Below are positions 19,863 to 33,400 of a stretch of DNA of 64,000 nt, in pieces. The stretch is from Naegleria gruberi (Eukaryota). The position numbers and the translations under genes are program-made. Numbering within the stretch: the stretch's first letter is position 1; every line of letters starts with the position of its first letter. The notes below the pieces were generated by a model. That model saw only the letters and a program-made list of their open reading frames with translations. It was not told the origin of the DNA and made no database searches. The stretch lies in assembly GCA_000004985.1 (NCBI GenBank), contig GG738871.1; one strand, 5' to 3'.

Positions 19863-22370
19863 ATGTCAACAATCAAATCATCAAGTAATAACTATTGTAT
19901 AAATGTGTTGATGGTAATGATCATGATTATCATTTCTACCATCATCACATTAGCCGATTGTCAAACAAGTATTAGTATTCCTTTTGATACAACAATTACA
20001 AATGTCTCTCCAAGAATAAGTATTCCTCAGAATTCAGAAGCATACAAGGTAGAAAATTGGGTTGCCTATGGTATTTATCTTGGTATTGTTTTCCTTGTTA
20101 TTCTGGCAATAGGTGTTATATTCTACTTTGTTGCTATTTGCTTCTTTTGCTTTAGATTGTGTGGTTTATGTGGTGGTTGTAAGCCAAAGGTAAGTAATTC
20201 ATGTTGTAAATTCATGCATTATGAACAATTGTTGTTGATACATATCAATTAACCTCCTTCCGAATCCTCCTAATCAACAATTATTATTTATTCGAAACTA
20301 TCAATAATAATATTCTAATGCCTGATTTGGAAATTGGATAACTATGAAACTTTGTGTCGAATTGAATCATTGTAGAAAAAAGGATCTTCTCGTCCATATA
20401 GAAAGAAGGACATGTTAATCCCAGCTATATTGACCATGATTATGTATATTGTTATTTTGGTCTTGGGTATTTTGGGAATAATCTTCTCTGCATTATTCTC
20501 TGTAAATGTTCGTACATTGGTGAAAGAGACCAGAAGTGTAATTTCAGGTGTTAATGGTACAATTAATGGTGTTTCTAGTTTGGGAACTAGTGCTGAATCA
20601 AATATTCCAATTTTGGTCAATGGATTTAGCTCAATTTTGACAGATGCTGAGCAATTTGCCACTCCAATTAATAATATGACCAACACTGTTCAATCTGGTA
20701 TTAATGCCATGGTGTTTATCAATAGTACAACTGCTCCTAAGATTTATGCAGATGTTGAAAATGTTAGAGCTGATTTGAGAATTTTGTACAATAATAGTCG
20801 TTTGAGTGGTGTTCCAAATCCAGATACTGCCATTCCAAATGTTCAGTCACAAGTTGAAGCTGGTATTAATACTGGTGTTTCTTATCTTGAACAAGGTAAG
20901 ACCACTATTGCTGGTGCCAAGACAACCTTAGATAACACCATCTCTACAACTCGTTCAACCATCAACTCAACTGTCTATGATACTGTCAAGGGAAGTGTTA
21001 TTAACACTTTGAATTCAGTCACTAGCCAAATTTCTGGTATTAACAACATGATTAATCAATATGCTCCTTCCACTACTATTGATGAAGCTCAAACTATTAT
21101 TTATAGTGTTGAAAATGCAAGAATTTCTCTCGTTACCATCTTTTTCGTATGGTGTGCCTTTTTGTACATTTTTGCATTGCTTGGTATTTGCTGTAAAAAG
21201 GCCATTCTTGTGGAAATTACTTCATGTTGTACTTGTGCCACTGCTTGGTTATTCTTTTTGGTTGCTTCTCTCCAAATTCCAATCTTTATTCTGGTTAATG
21301 ATTTGTGTAAGACTGCTCCAGGTACTGTCTTGTATATGTCTGATGATGTTGGTGGTCCAGTTCTCGCTAGCACTGGTTTCAATATCACTGTCAATGCCTC
21401 TGTTATCATTCAAAGAGTTGCCAACTGTTCTGGAGATCAAAACTTTATCACTAGTGCTTTGGGTAATGATTATTTGACTTCATTGGGTCTTTCAAGCATG
21501 TTATCATCTGCAACTGGATCTATCAAGGGACAACTTGATAGTTTTAACATTTCTTCAACTGTTGATAGTGCCAAAGATTTGATTTTACAAGCTAATATTA
21601 CAAACATCAAGACAGACTACTCTGCTGACGTATTTGATGCACAAACCAAGTTGAATACGGCCATAGCCCAATTATCAAGCATTGAAAGTTACAGCGGATT
21701 TTCAATGAAAAATGTTACAAATGCATTGGATGAATTGAATGCATACACTACTCAATACGGATATTATTATACATTGGCAAACATTACCTTGCTTGATCCT
21801 GACTCCAGTCCATTCAACGTTACTGAAACTTCTCGAAACAAAACTCGTGACGAAAAGGATCAAGTCTTGACATTATTACAAATCTATAATGAGACAATGA
21901 CTGAAGTGAATGCTGTCAATGCCACTCTTAACAGTGTTAAGACTGGTCTCAGTACTTTATACAATGATTTTGTTCTCCTTTCTTCTGAAATTGCTCCAGT
22001 CAAGGCATTGCCAACTACTCTTGTTGATCAATTAACATCATTGGCAAATTCTGTAATAGCATTTGTGAATGGATTGAAAACAAGTATTGACAGTTTAGTT
22101 ATATCAGTGCTGACAAGCTACATTAACGCAACACTAAAAGATTCACTAGGATGTGCATATGTGGGAACCTATGTCAGTACCATCAACTCTACAGTTTGTT
22201 ATGGAATGACCAATCAAACTTTCTTAACTGGTCTCTTCTCCATCATGATTGGTGTAGCAATGATTATTCTGTTCTTCATTCTCATTATTCTTGGTAAGAG
22301 AATTAGATATCAAGCTCGTAAGGGAGAAGACACTGGTACCGATACTGTCGAAATGGATATGCATCACTAA
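19863..22370 (+). CDS. Multi-pass membrane glycoprotein with large extracellular loops (prominin-like topology). Exons are 19863..20189 and 20376..22370; the intron is 20190..20375.
   Basis: A signal/anchor segment leads, and there are at least five transmembrane helices including a C-terminal one before KRIRYQ. There are many NxS/T sites. The intron runs AAG|GTAAGT...TTGTAG in phase 0 and joins CGGCKPK-KKGSSRPYRKKDMLIPAIL in frame. Confidence 0.5.
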
Positions 22371-22649
22371 GAATATATAAATATTCAATCTGTATAAACT
22401 AGTTACAAAATACTACCTCCAACTCATGGAAAAGTTTTGAGTACTAAGCATTTTTTCAAAGATCTCAACATTAATAAAAAATAGAACGAAACTCTAAAGG
22501 ATCGTCACAATTAAACTGGACTCTGAAACGTAACACCTTCAACCTTTTCAACAATCTTCTTATTGTTCAAGATTGTGAATAAAGTTCCCTTGTCCAAACG
22601 TGATTGAATAATCTTCGTCAAATTCATTGTAATTTAAATAGAAAGCAAA

Positions 22650-24738
22650 TTGATCTGCTATGAGAATCAAAAAGAAATAAACAACGACATGCTAGCAGCA
22701 GTATTATCAACTTTAACCGTCGTCGGCTTAAAATCCTCGAGTGAAAGAAAACCAACAATTGCATTACCAGATTGTGCAAGTCATCATTTGGATACAGATG
22801 GAGCTCAAAGACAGCAACAACGTTACCATCATGAAGTCATGCTGACGATGAAGGCAACAACAACTGCTTGTGGTCATAGAATGGGAAGTAGGAGGTGTCT
22901 AGGAAGATATTCTCCAATACCAACCAGTTTGTTGGATTGTACATTGGGATGTAGGGATATTGTGATGGAGATTATGAAGTTTATTAGTGATGAGGAATTA
23001 CTTGATCATTTGATGAGATATTTGGTGAGTTTTCCTGATTTGGTAAATGTGGAAAATTGTCTTCCTATTGTAATGCAAAGAAGAGTTTGGTATTGTAACA
23101 ATCAATTGCACATGGACTTTTTGAGTGAATGTGTTCAAAATGTTCCAACCATGAACAATACTGAACTAATCTTGGGGTTTTCTCAATTTCCACCACAATT
23201 CTCTTCCTTCATTGAAAAGTTCTGTTTCGTTCATTTAAATAACATTTCAACTACAAAAAGACAATTGATTGAGTTGATGAATGCCACTACAAGCAAGATC
23301 CAACGCTTAAAGTTTACAAATTTTAAATTCAAAGATCCTGAAACTGAATTACCATCCACAAGAACTTTCAACATTTCACCAAATTTGAAAACGCTTTCGT
23401 TTAATATTGATTGGTCAACCATTTTCCAATTTTGTAAAAAGAATAGTGAAACTAGTACACTTCAATTTTCATCATTAAATTCAGAGTTAAAGAAAGAAAT
23501 TGAGAACCCAATAGTTCTCTTTCCAACCATTTGGATTTAAATTCTTCCAACATTGATGAATTGGGCTTTAATGATTCAGTTAGCGTTAGTGATAAATTGC
23601 TAATTTCTCTAATTGGGCCCAAGTTGACCAGACTCTCACTAGCGAGACCATTATTGAACCTTTCTGAAATTGCTCCAAATCTTGAATATTGTGAGATGAA
23701 CATCTTCCCAGAACATCCAATAGAAACAACCACTCTCTGTGTCAAATACCCTTTACTGTGGTATTCTCAAATCTTCCATCTCAAAAAGTTAAGAAAATCA
23801 TTATTGTGAAATTGTTAACTTTTGCAGAAAAAGAAGAGAAGAAAAATTTGAGATTTTTATTGTCTAGAATGTTAGTTTGCTATCCTAATTGTGAAGAGTT
23901 GATTATTCCAGAGTCTTACTTGAAGTTGGTAAATGAATCTGACTTGAATGAAGAAGAAATTCAGAGCTCATTGAAGAGGATTATTATCAAACATTCCAAT
24001 TCCACGCAACCATCCAAGTATGGAACACTTAAATTTGCATTGCAAGGTTTCTTCTCAAAGGCAACTATATCATTTGATGAAATTAGAAAGGATGAACTCC
24101 AATTCGCAACTCTTCCTTCCAGCAATAGAACTATCATAGTTGACTGTTATGAAGATGTACTTTTCAAAAAAATTGAAAGTACTGAAAAGCATTTCAAAGT
24201 TATGGACAATTCTCTCATTAAGAATCGTATTAGAAACATGAAGATTGAATTCGCTCAATGCATTATTTCTAACAACTATTCAAAATTTGCAATCATTGAT
24301 AATTCCTTGAATATGTTAGAAGGATTGAAGCGTAACAAAGAGCTCATGCTCCAAACAATTCATCAAGCCATTGAAAACTATCATGATATCTTTACCAATG
24401 ACCAATTATATCAAGAAATTACTGAAAGATTTGATGCTTGCTTATCAACCATTGAAGGAGAATACTTTAGCGAATTTCACTTCTCTAAATATTATAGTGA
24501 ATTGGAAACTCTCTTCCACCAAATGGTTCAAGTCATTGAGGATAATGGCTATCCATCAAAAGTTCTATTCAATGAACAATGGTTCAACGAGCAAATTGTT
24601 GAGCTGTATGGTTATCAAAGTGAAGAAGTTCAAGTTTACGAAGACTCACAGGAAGAAATGGAGAAGGCAATCTTTGCTTTAATGTTAGATGAAGAAGAAA
24701 CAGTGGATATTGAAATTGATGATTGTGAAATGGAGTAA
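22650..24738 (+). CDS. Hypothetical Leu-rich protein encoded by three consecutive ORFs (22650..23540, 23531..23809, 23758..24738). They are either joined by very short introns or frameshifted. The C-terminus is acidic.
   Basis: All three ORFs are on the same strand with compatible composition, and short stop-containing gaps sit between them. I could not verify any splice sites. Confidence 0.3.
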
Positions 24739-25042
24739 TATGATTAACAAAATTAGTTTTTCTAATTATTTGCGTAGTTTCGGATCTCCCCCATGATTTC
24801 ATTGGTAAAGTTTATTAATTATTATCCTATTGGAAAATCCAGACGAAATCAAGACAATCAAGATTGAAGAAGTAAAGAAATAAAATTAAACTCAATTCAG
24901 TTATTTTCCAGTACTTTTACAACAGATGTAATTTATGATGTTAGAGTCCTTTCAAAACCTCAATAACAAAATTTCAATTTTCAATTATGAATTCCCTCAA
25001 AACCTTTCTAACCAATTTTTCCCGCCTTTTTTTTGAAAATCA

Positions 25043-27117
25043 TTGAGGTTCCATGATGAGGCTTTGCGGGAGCGCCAAATATTTGCACTCTTAAAAAAAA
25101 TGAAGCAAGGCTCCAGGCTCAGTGAGGCCATACAACTCTTCTTTAAAGATGGTGCTGTTCATGCGAATAGGCAGGATATTGCCATGATCGATATTGTTAA
25201 TTCAACCTTTCATTCGATAAAAAGGTTGTTTTTAAGCCAGAATAAAATCAAACACTTGCACGGCATGAGCCAATTTAAGGATTTGAGGATACTTTCACTG
25301 TCTTATAATTATATAGAAGATTTTAGGGAATTAAAGTACATTCCGGCATCGGTAGAGAATTTATCTCTAGAAGGGAATCCGATATCAAACCATCCTAATT
25401 ACCGACTAAATGTTATTGAAAATATACCACAATTGAAAATACTAGATACAAAACCGATTAAGGATTCGGAGAGAAAGGATATTCATGAAGCCAATCAATT
25501 GGCTGATTATATTCCTAAATTGTTGTTTGCCTTGGACAAACTCTGTTCCAAGACTTACAAGGACCTTGTAATGCTTGGAGCACAGGTAGAACAGTACAGA
25601 AAATATGGCAATCTCTCTCCGAACAATGTAGAAAATGAATTTGAATTTAGTTTTCCATCTTATATACCCAAGAATGGAGAATATAAGCGATGTGTCAAGA
25701 GAATACCTCCACTCTCTGATGTTAAGGATACTAGGATAACTGTTGAGGGTGTAAGAAATTTAGCAAGAAATATGTTCGATGAAACTCTGATAAACTCCAC
25801 TCTTGACGAATGCAACAATGTTGCAGAATTGGAATTGGATCGTTTCAAATTGGAACTAAAGGAATCGATTGTAAAACAATATAAGGAAGTTAAAAAGTAT
25901 GCAAATGCTGTTGCATGCTTGGAAAAGGAACAAAAATTTGTTGTATATTCTGGAGATCAAACACAATTGTACATATTTATCAAGTGCATGGTTCAAGTTG
26001 CCAATCAATTATGTAAGTATAATTGATAATAATAATAATAACCAATAATCAAGTTGAAAGAGAAAATGAACGAGAACGATTGATGACCTATTTGAAATAT
26101 TGTGAAGCAAACATGCCAAAGCCAGTAGTGAAAGAAGGAACCAACAAAACTCCAACTCCAATTCTTCAACCAACACTAGACAAACCTAAAGTAGAACGCT
26201 CTGAAAAGGAACAAACCTGTACAAGTCAAATCAGTAAACCACAAGATGAAACCCCTAGGTATCAAAGAAATGATTCATCGAATGGTTCAATAGAAGATGA
26301 CGATACAGTGGTGATTTCAGAAGATCAACTCACGAGCCCAGAAAAGAGCAGGACGATAAGCGTGACTACTGCTCCTGATTCACTCCTTGAAGATAATGCC
26401 TTTTTCCTTACCAAATCCACGGCCCTTCACTATAAGAAATGGAACAAGCTATTCTCAAAAGCAAAAACTAGTATTAGTGTACAGGAATGTGGTGGTGATG
26501 AACAGGAAGCTGAGAGGAGGGCAGATGAATACAGAAATCAAAAGCTAAAATCAAAAGTTCTAGATTCTCTCAAATACTACAAAGATAAGAAACAAGAATA
26601 TAGAGCTCATTATGAGAAAAAGCGAAAATTGAAAAATATCAAAGCTAGGTCTTTTTATGTCAAATCTTTGCAGAGCAAAGCTTTTACTGCACTAGTTCAA
26701 AACACTCAAAGAAGACAAAACTTTAAGCGAGCAATAAGAATTCTAAGAAAGGTAAGATACGAGCTGATAATGAAGAAGTTCTTCGACTCCTGGAGATCTC
26801 TCCTTCTAAGGTGTAGTGATATTAGACCTCTCACTGCACCACCAAAACCACAGGCATTGTACGATAGTGATAAGGAGAAGCCAACAACACGAGAAGAATC
26901 AAGTAAGAATAAGTATTATAGGAGAAAAGATAGGCCGCAATCTGCTGGGAATGCTCTGACAAAACAGAAAGACAAGGAAAATGAGGCAGAACAAAATGGA
27001 TACAAGCAAAAACATCGATATAAGGAAAAAACTGAAGTAGATGGTCCAGTTTATGTTAAGAAGGAAAAGAGGAGGCGAAAAACAGTTGTAATGTTGTCGG
27101 TGGCTAGTAATTTCTAA
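25043..27117 (+). CDS. Leucine-rich-repeat protein (SDS22/LRRcap-like repeats) with a long Lys/Arg/Glu-rich C-terminal half. Exons are 25043..26012 and 26054..27117; the intron is 26013..26053 (41 nt).
   Basis: LRR consensus appears in LFLSQNKIKHLHGMSQFKDLRILSLSYNYIEDFRELKYIPASVENLSLEGNPISNHPNYRLNVIENIPQLKILD. The intron runs GTAAGT...AATCAAG in phase 1 and restores the frame of the downstream ORF. Confidence 0.55.
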
Positions 27118-27144
27118 GTAAATACTTAATAGTTCACAGAATTT

Positions 27145-29157
27145 TTATTCTTCAGATTCTTGTCCTCCTCCTATTGGTTGATCTGATTTTTTCTTATCAG
27201 GCTTTTGAGCTGCAGAAGGATGTTGAGCTAATTCTTCTGGAACAGTATTCTTAGTAGACTCGAGCATTTTCTTCAAATCATACATGATTTCAGTATCATC
27301 TTTTGTGAGGAAAGAAACAGCCCTACCTGTTCTACCAGCACGACCAGTTCTACCAATTCTGTGAGTGTAAGCAGAGATGGTTTTTGGAAGAGAATAGTTT
27401 ACAACCAATGTCACACCACTAATATCAATACCTCTACCCAAAACATCAGTTGCCACTATAACATCAAATTTACCTGATTTGAATGCCTCAAGAGCAGAAT
27501 TACGTGCCTCTTGTGATTTGTTACCATGAATAGATGTTGATCTGAATCCTGCATTTGATACAAACTTGGCAATCGCATCAACTTCCTTCTTCAAATTACA
27601 AAATACAATAACAGGTGGATCTGCATCATATAAGAGTTCCAATAATTTGTCTCTCTTGGCATTTTCATGTTTGATCCACATGACTTCTTGTTCAATACGT
27701 TCAACTGCCCTACCAACTTCACCTACAGCCACAGTAACTCTCTTTTTGAGATATTTCATGGCAATGTTCTCAACTTCTGGAGGCATGGTTGCACTAAATA
27801 ACATGGTTTGTCTTTGAATATGGGTTGGCATATTTTCCAAAATTGTATTTACATCCTTTTCAAAATTCATTTCAATCATTTTGTCTGCTTCATCCAAAAC
27901 TATAAAATGACATTGATTGAGAACAACAATTGAGTTATTCAAGCAGTCAATGAGACGACCTGGTGTGGCCACTAGAATTTCACATCCTCCTCTAATTAAT
28001 CTACTTTGTTTTTCAATACTGACACCACCAATAATTGCCTGCACTCTAAATTCGAATTGTCTGGCATATTTAGTGGCTTCTCTCTCGATTTGTTCAGCCA
28101 ATTCACGAGTTGGTACTAGAATCAGGCCATACGGACCATCTTTAGCAATCTCGTCATTCATTCTAGGTAATTTAGCAATTTGACAACACATTGGAATGAT
28201 ATACGATGCTGTCTTACCGGAACCTGTTTCAGCAAGCCCAACAAGATCGATACCATTCATGGCAATAGGAATACATTGTTTTTGTACAGCTGTTGGCTCT
28301 TTAAACTTTAAATCTGTAATGGCATTAATAATTTCTAGTGGAAGTAGTGTTGTTTCATCCCAAGATCTTAGTGGAGGTGGAACCCTTCCTCCCTTAACAA
28401 CGATATCAAAGTCCTCTCTGAAAATTCTCCAATCTCTGTCAGTCATTTCATTAACTGATTTCTCAGTCCAATTTCTTTCATCCTCAATTTTATCTTTACG
28501 AATCTTTTTCTTTTGATTATTTTTCACAGTAGAATGAGAAGAGGAGATTATTGAATTCTTATCAGTTGTGTCATCCTTTTCATCCCACTCAAAGGAAATT
28601 TTAGTTTTTTCATTGGTTCTTTGCATTCTCTTTTTGGTTGCCTTTTTTTCTGTATAACTCGATTTAATTTCATCAATTTCACTTTTATCCATCAATTCCA
28701 AAGGATCAATAATATTAATCGATTGCAAATTAGAAAATTGACTAGTTTTTGTTTGTTCTTCCTTCTTTTCATCGGTTTGTTTGATTCTACTGGAAATGTC
28801 AATTTTTCTCTCCTTTTTAGAGATAAAAACTGGCTTATCCTCATCCTCATTATTGTTTTTCTTTTCCAATTCCTCTATTGTTGGAGGTAATGTTCTTTTC
28901 AATCGATTGATAGTCTCCTCCGTTGAAGATGACGACGATATATTATCATGTTTGATCAGTGATTCAGTCACTCCATTGTTAGTATTAGTGCCATTATTAC
29001 TATTAGAAATTTGTCCATTACTCTCACCATTCACAGATTTGGTTGATGATGTTCCTGTTACTGATGATGAATTAGGAACTACCGAAGACAATTGTTTCGA
29101 AGGAGGATTCGTTGAACCCGGATTGTTCATCAACTTTTGCAGTAGCAATCTATTCAT
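27145..29157 (-). CDS. DEAD-box ATP-dependent RNA helicase, orthologue of DDX23/PRP28 (U5 snRNP 100 kDa).
   Basis: The Q-motif is TAVQ, motif I AETGSGKT, motif Ia PTRELA, motif Ib TPGRL, motif II LDEADKM, motif III SAT and motif VI HRIGRTGRAG. The N-terminal region is charged and Ser-rich. The helicase core is collinear with human DDX23. Confidence 0.85.
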   Translation of the reverse strand: MNRLLLQKLMNNPGSTNPPSKQLSSVVPNSSSVTGTSSTKSVNGESNGQISNSNNGTNTNNGVTESLIKHDNISSSSSTEETINRLKRTLPPTIEELEKKNNNEDEDKPVFISKKERKIDISSRIKQTDEKKEEQTKTSQFSNLQSINIIDPLELMDKSEIDEIKSSYTEKKATKKRMQRTNEKTKISFEWDEKDDTTDKNSIISSSHSTVKNNQKKKIRKDKIEDERNWTEKSVNEMTDRDWRIFREDFDIVVKGGRVPPPLRSWDETTLLPLEIINAITDLKFKEPTAVQKQCIPIAMNGIDLVGLAETGSGKTASYIIPMCCQIAKLPRMNDEIAKDGPYGLILVPTRELAEQIEREATKYARQFEFRVQAIIGGVSIEKQSRLIRGGCEILVATPGRLIDCLNNSIVVLNQCHFIVLDEADKMIEMNFEKDVNTILENMPTHIQRQTMLFSATMPPEVENIAMKYLKKRVTVAVGEVGRAVERIEQEVMWIKHENAKRDKLLELLYDADPPVIVFCNLKKEVDAIAKFVSNAGFRSTSIHGNKSQEARNSALEAFKSGKFDVIVATDVLGRGIDISGVTLVVNYSLPKTISAYTHRIGRTGRAGRTGRAVSFLTKDDTEIMYDLKKMLESTKNTVPEELAQHPSAAQKPDKKKSDQPIGGGQESEE

Positions 29158-29381
29158 TTTTTTATTTATTATTATATTGATCAGTACTAATTTAAATTAT
29201 TAGTATTGTTATTGTTTGCTACAGGTTAAGTTGTTAATTAATGAAGAATTGGAGAGTGAGTCATTTGTGAGTGGCACAGAACAGTATGCAACCTTACAAT
29301 TGCAATCTTCCGAAGGAATATTAACTCCCTCTGGAATGTTTCGTTATTATACATTAAATTCTGTAAAGTCAGCATGACCAC

Positions 29382-29889
29382 TTATTCAAGGAGTGATTCG
29401 ACACATTTTCTCACTCTCTTCCTATATTCCTTCTTATCATTGACAAATAATTTAGCAGCTTCTGGATTGGCTGGAGAATCTGGATTAGGATCTTCTAATA
29501 AAGATAAGATACTAGTGAGAATCGAATCGACTGTATAAATTGGTGACCATTTGTCCTGTACAATATCCAAACAGATAGAACCATCCTTATAAACATTTGG
29601 ATGGAAAATTTTGCTTGTAAATTTAACTTTTGGTGGTTTTGAAGGATAATCAGTTGGGAATGTTAATCGGAGGAAGAAGATACCACCTTCCCAGATTGAA
29701 TCCATAGGACTGTAAGCTTGTTTGTAATTTTCCAAATTTCAAAAAAACATACCCTGTAATGGTTGCGTTCCAAACATACAGATCATTATCACTTTCAGGG
29801 CTTGCTGTAATTCCTTCTGGTGGATCCTTTTGTATTTGTTGAAGATCGGATAAGAGACGAAGTTTGCTACTACTTCCACTATTGCTCAT
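29382..29889 (-). CDS. E2 ubiquitin-conjugating enzyme of the RAD6/UBC2 (UBE2A/B) type. Exons are 29753..29889 and 29382..29709; the intron is 29710..29752 (43 nt).
   Basis: The spliced product is [100 protein letters not shown]...[11 protein letters not shown]. It carries the HPN motif and the active-site Cys of UBC2. The intron runs GTATGT...CTTACAG in phase 2. Confidence 0.85.
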
Positions 29890-30409
29890 ATTTTTATTTT
29901 TAAATTTAAAAAATTAATACGTTATAAAAATAGTTTCAAAGGCTTCTTTGATTTTTTACTTCCGTAAGAAGATCAATCCTCAATAACAACCTGCTTGTTT
30001 TTGCTATTATGAGCAAACGATAATGATTCTTCTTAATAATTTTTAAATAATATCTTATAATTTAATGAGGAGAATTAATGTCGGAATGTAGAACAGTAGA
30101 ACATTATTTTGAATCTCATGTGGGATAAAATCATTTCCTCATTCGTTGTTGTCATCAAAGGGAGCTGTTCCTTTCACTCTGATGCACTCTGTACTCTACA
30201 GCTCGTACACAACATTATCACCAAAATAGGCCGGTAAGGTTTAGGCTGTGTGGGGTGATTCGAGTTAACGTTGTGAGAGACCACAAGCATTTAACAACAC
30301 AACGATACTATTAACTTCCTTGTGTGATTTCGACTTGTCGCTGTCAATGTTTAAATTAATTCAAAAAAAACATCTAACAACCATTATTTAAAGAGAGCAA
30401 TTTTGTAGG
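29890..30409. promoter_or_regulatory. Divergent intergenic region between the E2 gene (minus strand) and the cysteine-rich surface protein gene (plus strand).
   Basis: A 520-bp AT-rich spacer between two start codons. No verified elements. Confidence 0.25.
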
Positions 30410-33400
30410 ATGCGTGCTCTTCAAGTTTTGTTTTGCATAGCCTTGTTGATGGTGATGCTAGTAGATAATTCTTATTCCATTTACTCTAACTCTGCTTCTG
30501 TTTGTTCATGCTCTGGGAGTTGCCCATCCAGTTTTGGACAATTGACATATGATACTACCAATTCTGTGTTCTATACTAGAGGAGATACCAGTATTTATTC
30601 CTGCTCTAAAACACAAACCACAGGTAACAGTATTTCCAGTCTTGTTGGTAGTGTTCCATCGGTTGGTGATAATGTGGTTTTTACCACAGTACAAAGCAAA
30701 GGGGTTGTAATTTATGATCAATATAATGACGGGACAGAACAAGTTGTGACTTATTACATTGATGATACCTCCAGCGTAATCGATAATATTACCTTTACAC
30801 CTGGTGCAGTAAACCTCAAATCTGGAGATGGTAAGTTTTTTTAAAATGTTAATAACAATGTTGACATTTGACAATCAAAGTAATCTTGCTTTCCGATAGT
30901 ACCAACAATGAAATCAATTCTATTCAGATTGGAATTGGTACCCCAACCTTGTTATTTTCTGCCAATGCCCCTGTAAAGGATGTGGTTTTTTCTACAGATA
31001 TCTTGTTTGTAGGTCTGGAAAATCAAGTAGTTCTCTATAATCCTACTACTTTATTAAATATTGATACAACATTTTCAGGAGAAACTTTTGTTAGCATTCT
31101 TTATATGAGTGGTGTTGTGAATGATAAGGTATGTTTTGAAATGATGTGTTATTACAATAATGTATTAGATTTATCTTGTGGACAGTATCTCTGCTTCCAG
31201 TTTTGCAATTAGAAGAATATCTTTTTCTGGATCACATGAAACAGCAACTATTAAAACTATTTATACAACCACTTCTTCCATTAGTGGTATTTATGCAGTT
31301 AGTGATTCTGAAGTTTATTTCATAGAAGGCACGGAAATTAGAAAGTTACAATTCGATTGCACTGCCGGAGAAGTAGCACCAATTTGTGAAAATTGCCCAA
31401 CAGGCTACAGTTCTAGCTCACCTTTTGCAAGTTGTTTCCCTGTTTGCACAGGTGATTGTAATAATAATGGAGTATGTGTTGCTCCTGAGGTTTGCTCCTG
31501 TAATGCAGGTTTTAATGGAAGCAAGTGTGAAAACACAATTCCATTTTGTGGAGGTATTGCTGGAAACGAAACCAATGTTTGTAATAGTAGAGGTGTTTGT
31601 GTTTCCACTAATTTATGCGAATGTTATGACAGTAATAGTTATGGTGGAAACTTGTGCGAAACTGTAAAATGTTTTGGAAAGCTCAGTACAGATATTTTAT
31701 CTGTTTGCAGTGGTAATGGAACTTGTGATGCAGTTGACTTTTGTAATTGTGATGCTACTCACGGAGGAAGTAATTGTGATATTGTGAAATGTAATGGAAC
31801 CTTGGCAAATGAGACTTCAGTTTGTTATGGTCATGGTAAATGCATTAATGTAGATCTTTGTGACTGTAATTCAACTCACTGGGGTGGTGTATTTTGTGAA
31901 ACACCAAAATGTAATGGAATTCTAGCAACAGATACAAATGTTTGTAATTATCAAGGAGTTTGTTCAGGAGCTGACTTGTGTGCTTGTAATTCAACATATG
32001 GCGGTCAATTCTGTGAAATTCCAAAATGTAATGGAACAATGCAAGGTGATAATTCAGTTTGCTCAGGACATGGTTCATGTGTTGGTGTTGACCTTTGTAA
32101 TTGTAATTCAACTCACTGGGGAGGTAAATTCTGTGAAATTCCAAAATGTTTTGGAGTATTAGCCAATGAATCTAATGTTTGTTCAGGACATGGTTCGTGT
32201 ATTGGTGCTGATTTGTGTTCCTGTAATTCCACATATTGGGGAGACGAGAACTGTCAAACAGCAAAATGTAATGGTATTTTAGCAACAGATGCAAGTGCTT
32301 GTAATTATCAAGGAGTTTGTTCAGGAGCTGACTTGTGTGTTTGTAATTCAACATATGGCGGTCAATTTTGCCAAGTACCTAGATGCAATGGAACAATGCA
32401 AGGTGATAATTCAGTATGTTCAGGACATGGTTCTTGTGTTGGTGTTGACAAATGTAATTGTAATTCAACATCACTGGGGAGGTCAATTCTGTGAAATTCC
32501 AAAGTGTTTTGGAGTATTAGCCAATGAATCTAATGTTTGTTCAGGACATGGTTCGTGTATTGGTGCTGATTTGTGTTCCTGTAATTCCACATATTGGGGA
32601 GATGAAAATTGTCAAACAGCAAAATGTAATGGTATTTTAGCTACTCAAACAAATAGTGTTTGTTATGGACATGGTTCTTGTGTAGATGCCGATGTTTGTA
32701 ACTGTAATTCCACATATTGGGGTGGAGAATTCTGCAAATATCCAAAATGTTTTGGAATCTTATCCACAGAAGCAAATGCTTGTTCGGCACCAAACCAAGG
32801 TTTATGTGTTGATGCAGACACTTGTGCTTGTAACTCAACTTATTGGGGAGATGAAAAGTGCCAAACATTCAAGTGTAACAATATTCTTTCCACGTCAGAC
32901 TCTGTTTGTTATGGTCAAGGAGTGTGTGTAGCTGTAGATACTTGCGTTTGTAACTCAACATATGGAGGCCAATTTTGTCAAACACCAAAATGTAATGGTA
33001 CTTTGGCCGGGGATAACTTAGTATGTTCAGGACATGGTTCTTGTGATGGAGTTGACAAATGTAATTGTAATTCAACATATTGGGGAGGTCAATTCTGTGA
33101 AATTCCAAAATGTTTTGGAGTATTAGCCAATGAATCTAATGTTTGTTCAGGACATGGTTCATGTATTGGTGCTGATTTGTGTTCCTGTAATTCCACATAT
33201 TGGGGAGATGAAAATTGTCAAACAGCAAAATGTAATGGTATTCTGTCAACACAAACAAGTACTGTTTGCTACGGTCATGGTTCTTGTGTAGATGCCGATG
33301 TTTGTAATTGTAATTCCACATATTGGGGTGGAGAATTCTGCAAATATCCAAAATGTTTTGGAATCTTATCTACCGATTCTTCAACTTGTTCATTCCATGG

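Noticed and set aside
30180-30300. Possible tRNA or small structured RNA upstream of the surface-protein gene (ggccggtaaggtttaggctgtgtggggtgattcgagtt)
   Set aside because: It contains a GATTCGAG resembling a T-loop, but I could not fold a cloverleaf by eye with a 7-bp acceptor stem and a D-arm. It is probably promoter or UTR sequence.
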